Below, in pieces: positions 8,283 through 16,757 of a DNA stretch of 64,000 bases. Origin of the DNA: a bacterium (GTDB taxonomy: Bacteria > Patescibacteriota > Minisyncoccia > Minisyncoccales > CG1-02-41-26); NCBI GenBank assembly GCA_030603395.1, contig JAUVXX010000001.1, forward strand, positions 104,921 through 168,920, given 5' to 3'. Every line of letters starts with the position of its first letter. Position 1 is the first letter of the stretch. Made by a program: the position numbers and the translations under genes. Under the pieces are notes generated by a model. It was not told the origin of the DNA. It saw only the letters and a list, made by a program, of their open reading frames with translations, and did no database searches.

Positions 8283-10416
8283 TAAAAAATTCCCAGTTGG
8301 GGTATTGGAAGTCGTCCTGAGAGTTGCCTTCCCCTCTGGGGTTGTTTTTATTTATGTAGTGTAAGATGCAATGGGGTCCCGGCAGAGTGCCGTCTAAAAT
8401 GGGCTGGCCGGTCAGGATCTCTTCTGGGGCTTCAAATTCTTCTTTGGGGAAATTTTTCAGAGATTCTGTCATAAATTTTTGCCAGATGGGCCCTGCCAGG
8501 GTGACGCCGGGCTTGGTCATGGAAACATTATTATTATTTCCCACCCAAACTCCGGTAACCAAATTCGGGGTGTAACCGATTGTCCAGGCATCTCGGTAAT
8601 CCTGGGTAGTGCCGGTTTTGGCAGCGACCGTATAATCTCTCAGATACAAGGGAGAGCTCCAGCCGAACATGGGAGCTCGAGCTTCGTTGTCAGATAAAAT
8701 ATCGTTTATTTCCCTGACAACCTGAGAGGAAATGATTTTTATACCGGTCCCCTTTGCTTCTTCAATAATGTTCCCTTCAGAATCCTCTATCTTTTTGATA
8801 AAACTAACAGGGGTTTTTACGCCGTCTCTGGCGAAAACCCCGAAGGCAGAAACCATTTCCAGAAGTTTGACTTCTCCTCCTCCCAGAACCAAGCTGAGGC
8901 CGTATCTATCTCTGTCTCCCAGAGTGGTTATGCCAAACTCCTGAATTAAATCTAAAGTTTCATCTTTGCCGGCCAGATAGAGAACTTTAACCGAAGGGAC
9001 GTTCCGGGACTGAGCTAAAGCAGTCCTGAAATTAATAGCTCCTAAAAACTTTTCGTCATAATTCTTAGGATGATAACATTTAGTACTGTATCCACCGTAG
9101 GTTTGGCTGGCATCTGGGGAGCAGGTAACATTAAATTCTGTCTTGGCATCCCAAAGTATGGAATCGGGAGTAAACCCTTTCTGAAAGGCCTTGGCGTAGA
9201 CCAGGGGCTTAAGGGCAGAGCCGGGTTGGCGTGAAGCCAAGGCGGCATTTGTCTTCGGGTCAAACTTGCATCCTTGTTCGCCGCATTCCTCGGACTCCCC
9301 GTGCCAATCTTTAGACCCAACCATGGCTAAGATTTCTCCGGTTTTTGGGTTTAAGGCGACTAAGGCTCCATTGTAAGCATTATATGCTTCCACTGCCGCC
9401 ACTCCTTCCTCAACCGTTTCCTCGGCCATCCCCTGGAGGTCAAAATCCAAGGTGGTATAGACCTTCAAGCCCATCTTGGTTAAAAAATCCTTGCCATATT
9501 TTTCTTCAAGGTATTGTTTAATGTAGATGACAAAATGGGGAGCGCGAATAATATCTATTTTGTCATAGAACTTAATTTCCTCTTCTTTGGCCGCCAATTT
9601 TTCTTCTTCAATAAGATAACCCTCTTTTTCCATCCTTTCTAAGATATAGTTTTTTCTAGCCAGCAACTCATCCAGGTGAGACCCGTAAGGGGAAAGATAA
9701 GAGGGGGCTCGGATTAAACTGGCTAGAGAAACAGCTTCAGCCAAAGAAATATCCGAGACATGTTTTTGGAAGAAGGTCTGACTGGCCGCCTCCACGCCAT
9801 AGAAATTTCCTCCAAAAGGGATAAGATTCAAATACCATTCCAGGATTTGATCTTTGGGATATCTTCTCTCAAGCTCCAAGGTTAAGATAATCTCCCTGGT
9901 TTTTCTTTCCAGGGTCTTTTTTCTGGTTAAGAAATAAGAGCGGATAAGTTGCTGAGAGATGGTTGAGCCGCCCTGGATAAACTTTCCCAATTTCAAATCG
10001 TAAAGAATAGCTCTGCCCACAGCCTTAAAGTCCAATCCTCGGTGCTGATAAAAACTTCCATCTTCAGCCACAATCACCGCCCATTTTAAATAATCTGGAA
10101 TTTCTTTCAAAGAGACAACGGTTCTTTTCTCTTCCCCGGAGATTTCATATAAGAGTATCTCTCCGGTTCGGTCATAGATTTTAGTGGACTGGGGGATAGT
10201 TCCCTCGGTAAACTTCTCTGGTCTTGGCAAATCTTTAATGTAGTAAATAAAAAGCCCCGTCCCTAAAAGAAAAAGGACCAATAAGAACATTCCCAGAATC
10301 TTCAGCAAGAGCCAGGGCCATTTTTTTCCCTTTTGGTAAACTTTCCGATAATGTTTTTGCTTTGGCATACTATTCTTGATATTATCCCATTTTTTCTCAA
10401 AATCAAAACCGAGCAC
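8269..10416 (-). CDS. Class A penicillin-binding protein (glycosyltransferase + transpeptidase)
   Basis: N-terminal TM. GT51 motifs EDGSFYQHRGLD and GGSTISQQL. Transpeptidase motifs SALK, SRN and KTGTT. The ORF-track start is a GTG at 10416; an ATG at 10368 (MPKQKH..) is an alternative. Confidence 0.9.
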   Translation of the reverse strand: MLGFDFEKKWDNIKNSMPKQKHYRKVYQKGKKWPWLLLKILGMFLLVLFLLGTGLFIYYIKDLPRPEKFTEGTIPQSTKIYDRTGEILLYEISGEEKRTVVSLKEIPDYLKWAVIVAEDGSFYQHRGLDFKAVGRAILYDLKLGKFIQGGSTISQQLIRSYFLTRKKTLERKTREIILTLELERRYPKDQILEWYLNLIPFGGNFYGVEAASQTFFQKHVSDISLAEAVSLASLIRAPSYLSPYGSHLDELLARKNYILERMEKEGYLIEEEKLAAKEEEIKFYDKIDIIRAPHFVIYIKQYLEEKYGKDFLTKMGLKVYTTLDFDLQGMAEETVEEGVAAVEAYNAYNGALVALNPKTGEILAMVGSKDWHGESEECGEQGCKFDPKTNAALASRQPGSALKPLVYAKAFQKGFTPDSILWDAKTEFNVTCSPDASQTYGGYSTKCYHPKNYDEKFLGAINFRTALAQSRNVPSVKVLYLAGKDETLDLIQEFGITTLGDRDRYGLSLVLGGGEVKLLEMVSAFGVFARDGVKTPVSFIKKIEDSEGNIIEEAKGTGIKIISSQVVREINDILSDNEARAPMFGWSSPLYLRDYTVAAKTGTTQDYRDAWTIGYTPNLVTGVWVGNNNNVSMTKPGVTLAGPIWQKFMTESLKNFPKEEFEAPEEILTGQPILDGTLPGPHCILHYINKNNPRGEGNSQDDFQYPNWEFFIRTP

Positions 10417-10435
10417 ATAAAGTATGTGCTCGGTT
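10407..10435 (-). terminator. 13-bp perfect hairpin (possible attenuator) overlapping the PBP GTG start
   Basis: aaccgagcacata / aag / tatgtgctcggtt. On the - strand it is followed by ttgattttgag (U-rich). It lies 18 nt after the stop of the small acidic ORF. Confidence 0.4.
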
Positions 10436-10453
10436 GAGATATTCGATTGGAGG

Positions 10454-10597
10454 TTATGCCTCTTCCTCCTTTTTTTCTTCTCCTCCTTCTCCTTCTTCTT
10501 TCTCTTCGCTTGCTCCCTCTTCTTTCTCTTCGGGAGCTCCTTCTCCCTCTACGTCTTGACTGACTAAAGGAGTTAAGCTTTTGTCTTCAATTCTCAT
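10454..10597 (-). CDS. 47-aa hyper-acidic small ORF (candidate leader peptide or small protein)
   Basis: My translation: MRIEDKSLTPLVSQDVEGEGAPEEKEEGASEEKEEGEGGEEKKEEEA* (17 Glu). Below the ORF-track size cut-off. Sits between a consensus promoter and the PBP gene. Confidence 0.35.
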   Translation of the reverse strand: MRIEDKSLTPLVSQDVEGEGAPEEKEEGASEEKEEGEGGEEKKEEEA

Positions 10598-10650
10598 AAT
10601 TTTCTAAATTAATTATCGTCAAATTTACGACCTTTCTAACTTATACAAAG

Positions 10651-10678
10651 ATTATATCTTAGCAAAAATACTTGTCAA
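10651..10678 (-). promoter_or_regulatory. Consensus sigma70-type promoter (TTGACA-16 nt-TATAAT) on - strand
   Basis: The reverse complement reads cTTGACAagtatttttgctaagaTATAATc. -35 at 10673-10678 and -10 at 10651-10656. Directly downstream of the ruvC stop. Confidence 0.55.
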
Positions 10679-10683
10679 GCCCT

Positions 10684-11172
10684 TCAGAGCTTTTTAAAAG
10701 AATAACAGATAGCTATGGCTAAAGCATCGGCTGCGTCATCGGATTTCGGCGCTTCTTTCAGGGCCAAAATTTCCTTGACCATCCGCTGAACTTGAGTTTT
10801 GTCTGCTCTTCCATAGCCGCAAATTCCCATTTTTACCTCCAGGGGAGCAAACTGGCAGACCTTAATCTTCTTTTTGGCTGCTGCCAGCAAAATTACCCCT
10901 TTGGCTTCGCTTACCGACATAGCTGTTTTAAAATTCTTAAAAAAATAGATATTCTCAACAGCCAAAACATCCGGCTTGTATCTGTTTAATAATTTAGCAA
11001 GTTCAAGATGTGTTTTTTTAAGACGTTGCTCTGGCGGGGGCCCGGGTTTTGTTTCTATAACGCCATAGCCCAAACACTTTAAATTACTTTTACCTCCCTT
11101 CTTTTTCTTTTCTGCTCTTACGATTCCGAAGCCGGTGCGGGCCGTACCTGGGTCAATACCTATAATTATCAC
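10684..11172 (-). CDS. ruvC: Holliday junction resolvase RuvC
   Basis: MIIIGIDPGTARTGFGIV at the N-terminus and a C-terminal SDDAADALAIAICY. Confidence 0.9.
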   Translation of the reverse strand: MIIIGIDPGTARTGFGIVRAEKKKKGGKSNLKCLGYGVIETKPGPPPEQRLKKTHLELAKLLNRYKPDVLAVENIYFFKNFKTAMSVSEAKGVILLAAAKKKIKVCQFAPLEVKMGICGYGRADKTQVQRMVKEILALKEAPKSDDAADALAIAICYSFKKL

Positions 11173-11903
11173 AGATTTAAGTTTGAATATATGTCCTGGA
11201 CGGCCTCTGATTCACCCAAGTCCTCAAAAAGTTTTTGGCAATTCTCCCTGTCTTTATCTGAAACTCCGGCTTCTTCCTTGGCCACCCAATCTAAGGTTGC
11301 TGAATTAATTTTTAAACCCTGATCTTCAAGAGTCTTTTTCACCTTGGCCAATTCTGCCGGCTTGGTGTAAACATCCAAAACATCCTCTGTTTTGTGCCAA
11401 TAAATATCTTCTGCTCCTGCTTCAATGACTTTTAATTCTAATTCTTCTTTTTTGGTTATTAGAGTTTGGTCATCGGGATTTATCGTTATGGCTCCTTTTC
11501 TTTCAAACATCCATTTAACCGAGCCTGCTTCGGCTAATTTCCCGCCATATTTTTGTAGAATTTGCCTGAGTTCAGCTAAGGTGCGGTTTTTATTATCAGT
11601 TATCCCTTCAATAATAAGAGCAATTCCTCCTGGTCCGTAAGCTTCATAAGTTATTGCTTCAAGATTAGCGCCATCAAGCTCGCCGGACCCTTTCTTAATA
11701 GCTCTTTCAATGTTATCCTTTGGCATGTTGAAGCTTCGGGCTTCGTCTAAAGCTTGTCTTAGTTTGGGATTGGTTCCCGGATCAGCTCCTTCTCGGACCG
11801 CAACCGAAATCATCCGAGCCAGTTTGGAAAAAACCATGCCTCGTTTCTGATCTTCAAGCGTCTTTTTATGTAGAATTGTTCTTGCGTGACTATGCCCGCT
11901 CAT
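11169..11903 (-). CDS. yebC: YebC/PmpR family DNA-binding regulator
   Basis: Typical 244-aa length. N-terminal SGHSHARTILHKK, with KLRQALDEARSFNMPKDNIERAI. 4-nt overlap with ruvC. Confidence 0.9.
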   Translation of the reverse strand: MSGHSHARTILHKKTLEDQKRGMVFSKLARMISVAVREGADPGTNPKLRQALDEARSFNMPKDNIERAIKKGSGELDGANLEAITYEAYGPGGIALIIEGITDNKNRTLAELRQILQKYGGKLAEAGSVKWMFERKGAITINPDDQTLITKKEELELKVIEAGAEDIYWHKTEDVLDVYTKPAELAKVKKTLEDQGLKINSATLDWVAKEEAGVSDKDRENCQKLFEDLGESEAVQDIYSNLNL

Positions 11904-11966
11904 ATTCTTACACCTTATATCGCAACTTTACCTTAAAATTCTTCAAAAATCAATGATTAATCGTTT

Positions 11967-13178
11967 TTAGAGTTGTTCTTCGGTTGCTGTTCTTTTTTTG
12001 AGAAATAAAACAATTATTGCTGAAGAAACAGCAATACTGAGGGCGATGAAAAAAATAACCAAAGAACTTGAAGACTTTGGGAGTCCTTCGCTAATTTTTG
12101 CTAAGGCTTCCCCGTCTCCTTTTTCTATTAAATCCCCAGAGACAGAGGGCTCGCTTTTTGAAATTTCAGGTTCAGCAACAACATTGGTTTCCCCGGGAGT
12201 TAAGGTTTCACTCCAGGTCCAGCCAGTTGAGCTTCTATTGAAAGATTGTCCCAGAGGAGCTTTGGGGTAATTCGCTTGGTGAATAATTTCTCCGCCCGGA
12301 TTTAAAAGCTCCAGGCCATCACCACTGTTTTGCAAGGTGATTTTAGTTTCTGGTCTCAGTAAAACCAAAAAACCATTTGAGCCAATTTTTGTTCCCTCGG
12401 GGATAGTATAAGTTTCGGTTGCCCCAATCGTATCTCTAATTTGCCAGCCAGCAAGGGCAACCTCAAAACTATTTCCATTAAATAGCTCAATCCACTCATT
12501 TTCAGCGTCAGCCCCTTCGGGCGAAGGTAAGATTTCACTGATAAAGATATTTGAGGGATAAACTTTTGATTCTGGCTCGCTTGGAGGAGTTTCAGTGGAG
12601 GTAGGAGGAGAGATAGGCCCTGCTTCTTTAGGTATTTCTTCGGAGGGCTGGGTGGGGACTTGACTATTCTTAGCTTTAGGCGTTCCACCGGGATTCTGGC
12701 TGGTTTGCCAATTTGAGGATCTGCTTCCTGAGAGCAAAGGATTCTTTCTCTCCATGGTTTTTTTGAAGGGATTGTCTCCAGCAAACCAACCAGAAGAGCA
12801 ATCTATCTCATCAATGATATTGCCTCCATTACCAAATAGTTTTAAATATTCACCCTCATTATGTAAAACTCCTTTGTAAATTAAATCAGCGGTAATGTCT
12901 GGCAACGTCTCATCGTCAGTCTTTTCTAAAAGAAAAAATCCCCCAGCAGGGATTTCACCTTCTAAATTAATTTCTGGAGAGCCATCGCCGCTAATTAATT
13001 GCCATCCCTCTAAAGTTAAAGCGACAGACGAGTTATTGTAAAGTTCAAGCCACTCGTCGCTATAGGATTTTTCAGTACCCATCCAGGCGATTTCATTAAT
13101 AACCACAGTCAATGGCTCAATAGCCAGGACACAAGAAAAGGGGATAGAGAGCAATAGAAATATTATAATAGCCTGCAT
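11967..13178 (-). CDS. Lamin-tail-domain (LTD) repeat protein, exported with C-terminal TM anchor
   Basis: Signal peptide and two LTD-like repeats (VINEIAWMGT..SDEWLELYN and ISEILPSPEG..NEWIELFN). Pro/Ser/Thr linker and a C-terminal hydrophobic helix. Confidence 0.7.
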   Translation of the reverse strand: MQAIIIFLLLSIPFSCVLAIEPLTVVINEIAWMGTEKSYSDEWLELYNNSSVALTLEGWQLISGDGSPEINLEGEIPAGGFFLLEKTDDETLPDITADLIYKGVLHNEGEYLKLFGNGGNIIDEIDCSSGWFAGDNPFKKTMERKNPLLSGSRSSNWQTSQNPGGTPKAKNSQVPTQPSEEIPKEAGPISPPTSTETPPSEPESKVYPSNIFISEILPSPEGADAENEWIELFNGNSFEVALAGWQIRDTIGATETYTIPEGTKIGSNGFLVLLRPETKITLQNSGDGLELLNPGGEIIHQANYPKAPLGQSFNRSSTGWTWSETLTPGETNVVAEPEISKSEPSVSGDLIEKGDGEALAKISEGLPKSSSSLVIFFIALSIAVSSAIIVLFLKKRTATEEQL

Positions 13179-14176
13179 TGGGGACCCCTGAACTTTATGC
13201 CCAAATGCTGAAAGGCAAGTTTGGTGGCTGTTCTTCCTCGAGGAGTTCTCTCAATAAAACCGAGACGCATCAGATAGGGCTCGTAAATATCTAAAATTGT
13301 TTCCTCTTCCTCGGCGGTGGCTGCCGCTAAAGTTTGCAAACCAACTGGTCCCCCGTTAAATTTTTTAATGAGAACCCTTAAAAGTCTTCGGTCGGTTGCC
13401 TCTAACCCCAACTCGTCAACCTCTAAAGCAGTCAAAGCATTTTTAGTGATTTCTTGGGTAATTTTTCCTTGGCCTTTTATCTGAGCAAAGTCCCTTACCC
13501 TTTTCAAAAGATGATTGGCGGTTCTCGGAGTGAACCGGGAGGAGCCGGCAATAATCTTTAAAGCCAGGGGGTCTGCTTCAATGTTCAAGATTCGGGCTGA
13601 CCTTTGAAGAATTTTTTCAATGTCTGAAACTTCATAGAAATTTAAGCCAAAGGTTGCCCCAAACCTGTTTCTTAAAGGGCTTGAAATCAAAGCTAACCGA
13701 GTGGTCGCTCCGATTAAGATAAATCTGGGGATTTTCATTTCCATAGTTCGAGCCATAGGTCCCTTCCCTAAAATCAGGTTCAATTTAAAATCCTCCATGG
13801 CTGGATACAGGTATTCTTCCAAAACTCTATTTAAGCGGTGGATTTCATCACAGAACAAAATACTTCCTTCTTCCAAATTGGTTAAGATGGCCGCTAAATC
13901 ACCAGCCCTTTCAATGGCGGGTCCCGAGGTAACTTTGATGTCACTCCCTATCTCTTTAGCCACCAGATAGGCAAGGGTGGTTTTGCCCAAACCGCTGTTT
14001 CCGTAAAAAAGCAGGTGCTCGGGAGTCTGTTTTCTTTGCTTGGCAGCTTCAATTATAATCTTAAGGTTTTGTTTAACCTTGTTTTGACCAACGTATTCTT
14101 CCCAGACCTTGGGCCTTAAGGTCAGGTCTAAAACATCTTCCTCTGATTTGTTTTGTTTTCTTTCAGGGCTTGACAT
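13163..14176 (-). CDS. ruvB: Holliday junction branch migration helicase RuvB
   Basis: Walker A GNSGLGKTTLA, Walker B LFCDEIHRL and a C-terminal winged helix. Confidence 0.95.
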   Translation of the reverse strand: MSSPERKQNKSEEDVLDLTLRPKVWEEYVGQNKVKQNLKIIIEAAKQRKQTPEHLLFYGNSGLGKTTLAYLVAKEIGSDIKVTSGPAIERAGDLAAILTNLEEGSILFCDEIHRLNRVLEEYLYPAMEDFKLNLILGKGPMARTMEMKIPRFILIGATTRLALISSPLRNRFGATFGLNFYEVSDIEKILQRSARILNIEADPLALKIIAGSSRFTPRTANHLLKRVRDFAQIKGQGKITQEITKNALTALEVDELGLEATDRRLLRVLIKKFNGGPVGLQTLAAATAEEEETILDIYEPYLMRLGFIERTPRGRTATKLAFQHLGIKFRGPQCRLL

Positions 14177-14198
14177 AAATTAAAAAATATAGTACAAT
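14170..14198 (+). promoter_or_regulatory. Near-consensus promoter on + strand (TTGACA-17 nt-TACAAT)
   Basis: TTGACA 14170-14175 overlaps the ruvB start codon on the opposite strand. TACAAT at 14193-14198. Confidence 0.4.
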
Positions 14199-14203
14199 AA
14201 TTA

Positions 14204-14323
14204 TTAGCCCGAGGCTAAATTAGGAGTTTTCTCTTGAATGGACATCCGGGCTCCGCTTGGGTGTTCCCGGAAAAGGCTCTGTGTCTGGAGACAATCTAAG
14301 GCGTAGCCTCGGGCTATCTTTTT
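14204..14323 (+). ncRNA. Candidate small RNA bounded by promoter and intrinsic-terminator-like hairpin
   Basis: TTAGCCCGAGGCTAA (14204-14218) and its reverse complement TAGCCTCGGGCTA (14304-14316) are followed by TCTTTTT. The core is GC-richer and has a TCCGGG/CCCGGA helix. No known RNA family recognised. Confidence 0.3.
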
Positions 14324-15617
14324 ACTTTCCGGTTACCCTGTTTATTTCCTCAAGGGTAGTTATTCCCTGGAGAACTTTAATCAAGCCATCCTTTCTCATA
14401 ACAACCATCCCTTTTTTCTCGGCTATTTTTCTTAGAGCCGAGACAGAAGGGGATTTCAAAATAAAGTCTTCCATTTCCGGGTCCACCAAGAAAAATTCAA
14501 AGATTCCTACTCTCCCCCGGTAGCCAGTGAAATTACAGTTTTGGCAACCCTTAATCCTGGGGATTTTTAAATTATTCAGAGAAGGAAACTTTACCTTCTT
14601 GGATAAAGATCTCAATTCCTTTTTTATCATAGTCCCCTCTAATTTAGCAGGAGACTCGAATTTCGTACATTTTTTACAAACTTTTCTGACTAACCTTTGA
14701 GCTATGGACAAATTAATGGCTGGAGCAATGCTTACCGGTTTCTCTCCCAGGGCCTGCAATCTTGCCACGGTGCCAGCAGCATCATTGGTGTGTAGGGTTG
14801 AGAGGACCAGATGGCCGGTTAAGGCAGCTTGCAGGGCAATCTCGGCTGTTTCAGGATCCCGGACTTCTCCCACCAAAATTACATCAGGGTCTTGTCTGAC
14901 AATGGCGCGCAGTCCCGTAGCAAAATCATACCCCTTTTTGGGATTAACCTGGGTTTGAGAGATTCCCTCCAGGTGGTACTCAATAGGGTCTTCAATGGTG
15001 ATAATTTTAATTTCAGGGTGCTGAATTCTTTTTAGGATGGCGTAGAGAGTGGTCGTTTTCCCGCTCCCGGTGGGGCCTGTCACCATAATCATCCCATTTG
15101 GTCTTTCAATTTCTTGTTTGAAGACCTCAAGCATGTCTTCTCTTACTCCCAAATCTTCAATCTCAATTAAACTTTTTGGATTCAAAATTCTCATGACAGT
15201 TGTCTCTCCATATTCAGAAGGCAGAGTAGAAGACCTTACTTCAACGGGGACCTTCCCCAGGAGAATAGTAAATCTGCCATCTTGGGCTTGGTCAGTGATA
15301 TTCAGCTTAATCCCAGAGAGCAACTTAATCCTGGAGAGCAGTCCCTGATATATTTTCAATTCAAAATAGAGCACGTCATGTAAAACTCCGTCTACCCTAA
15401 CCCTCATTTTCGCTTTCTTCTCCTCTCGCTCGATATGGATATCGGAGCTGTCAAGACTCATGGCCCCTACCAAAATAGCTTCCAGAATTTGGGTTACTTC
15501 CCCGGTTAAACTTTCTTTAATCTTCTGACTGAGAGCTGAAATGTTTTTTACCTTTTTAGCTAACTGGCTGAAAGTTTTTTGAGATATGGCTATTTGACCG
15601 GTAATTCTCTCTGGCAT
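14322..15617 (-). CDS. Type II/IV secretion (PilB/GspE-family) ATPase, short form
   Basis: Walker A GPTGSGKTTT, Walker B/Asp box ITIEDPIE.., His box LSTLHTND and a tetracysteine CKKC..CQNC motif. Confidence 0.85.
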   Translation of the reverse strand: MPERITGQIAISQKTFSQLAKKVKNISALSQKIKESLTGEVTQILEAILVGAMSLDSSDIHIEREEKKAKMRVRVDGVLHDVLYFELKIYQGLLSRIKLLSGIKLNITDQAQDGRFTILLGKVPVEVRSSTLPSEYGETTVMRILNPKSLIEIEDLGVREDMLEVFKQEIERPNGMIMVTGPTGSGKTTTLYAILKRIQHPEIKIITIEDPIEYHLEGISQTQVNPKKGYDFATGLRAIVRQDPDVILVGEVRDPETAEIALQAALTGHLVLSTLHTNDAAGTVARLQALGEKPVSIAPAINLSIAQRLVRKVCKKCTKFESPAKLEGTMIKKELRSLSKKVKFPSLNNLKIPRIKGCQNCNFTGYRGRVGIFEFFLVDPEMEDFILKSPSVSALRKIAEKKGMVVMRKDGLIKVLQGITTLEEINRVTGK

Positions 15618-15618
15618 A

Positions 15619-16716
15619 TTAGATAGAATTTATTATTTCGTCTTTGACTTTTTGGGGGTTTGATTCTTCAGCGACAAAAAGAACCCCGTCTCCTTTTTGC
15701 TCCCCGGTAAACCTGGCTAATATTTTTTCAATCATTCTTTTGCTTGGTGAATAAAAAACACCCCGAGTCAGAGATGGAGAGTTTGAGCTTTCCCAAAGGA
15801 CCAAGAAATTTTGGGAAGGAAAAAGGGAAGAACTTAACTTGGCGAGACTAAACCTTAAATCTAAAGGAGAAGCCTGAGCTTCGGAAAAATCTTCTCTGGT
15901 TAGAATAACCCAGGCGACATCTTTGTTTTCCGAGAGATTTACCTTGCTAAGAACCCTGCCAAAGAGCCGCAACGAGGTTTCCTCCCCCATGCCGTAGAGC
16001 TGAGAGATTGTCTTTTTGAAATCCGCCCCCTTTTCAATTAGCAAGCTCGCCTTTTGAAAAGTTTGCTCATTAACTTTAGGGTCTTGGAAATTAGAAGTTC
16101 CTTGAACTATGCCAGCCAGCAGGCAATTTGAGATTTTTTCGTCAAACAAGTTTTCATCTATGGTGTTGATTAGGTCAAAAACTATTTCAGAAAATGAGGG
16201 GGCGCCCAGTTCAATTAAATTAAGGTCGCCATAATTTTTATTGTCAAGTTGGTTGTCAATATTTATAAGAGATTTCGGTTCCCCCTTTAGAAATTTTTCA
16301 ACTTTTTTAAATTCCCCAATCCCTAAGGTTATCAAGAGGTCTCCCAGGCCCAGAGGTTGAGTACTAATGTTCTCTTTTTTAAGTTCCTCCCCCCTGGTTT
16401 TTAAGTAAAGAGCTAAACCATTTTCTCTTTTTTCGTAGAAAAGTTGAGAAATTTTGGTGCCAGCCTGTCTGATAGAAATAAGAAAATCTGCTTTGGGAAA
16501 AGTAACTTCCTCCTTTTCAATTAAAAAACTAAATCTTTTTGGATAATCCCTGGTAAGTAAATTTACATTTTTGCTTAATTTCTTTAAACTGTAAAAAAGA
16601 GCTAAGGTTGCTGGAAAACTGTCTTTCCTAAAATCGGGAGAGGGAAGAAGAGAGACGTTTTGGGCTCTTTCAATAACCTTTTTTATTTTTTTGAGATTTT
16701 CAACCATTTTTTTCAA
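15619..16716 (-). CDS. DHH/NrnA-like protein with degenerate catalytic motifs
   Basis: The layout resembles NrnA-type DHH phosphoesterases. The expected motifs read SPDFRKDS (not DxD-type), IDNQ (not DHH), and no GGGH is present. Confidence 0.45.
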   Translation of the reverse strand: MKKMVENLKKIKKVIERAQNVSLLPSPDFRKDSFPATLALFYSLKKLSKNVNLLTRDYPKRFSFLIEKEEVTFPKADFLISIRQAGTKISQLFYEKRENGLALYLKTRGEELKKENISTQPLGLGDLLITLGIGEFKKVEKFLKGEPKSLINIDNQLDNKNYGDLNLIELGAPSFSEIVFDLINTIDENLFDEKISNCLLAGIVQGTSNFQDPKVNEQTFQKASLLIEKGADFKKTISQLYGMGEETSLRLFGRVLSKVNLSENKDVAWVILTREDFSEAQASPLDLRFSLAKLSSSLFPSQNFLVLWESSNSPSLTRGVFYSPSKRMIEKILARFTGEQKGDGVLFVAEESNPQKVKDEIINSI

Positions 16717-16757
16717 ATTAACCTATTTCCCTTTTAATGTCAACCAAAACTTGAAAC

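Noticed and set aside
12356-12784. 142-aa alternative-frame ORF inside the LTD gene (same strand)
   Set aside because: It is nested out of frame within a longer ORF that has recognisable LTD repeats and export signals. There is no independent support.
14204-14323. Identifying the candidate sRNA as SRP (4.5S) RNA or a known riboswitch
   Set aside because: The rod-like fold with paired ends is SRP-like. However, I see no GNRA tetraloop and no AGCA/GGAA domain IV motifs. I also found no match to the TPP, glycine, fluoride, guanidine, preQ1 or c-di-GMP consensus strings I remember.
14257-14523. 88-aa ORF on the + strand
   Set aside because: It starts inside the structured intergenic region, reads through the terminator-like hairpin and continues antisense into the pilB-like gene. 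There is no SD and no motif.
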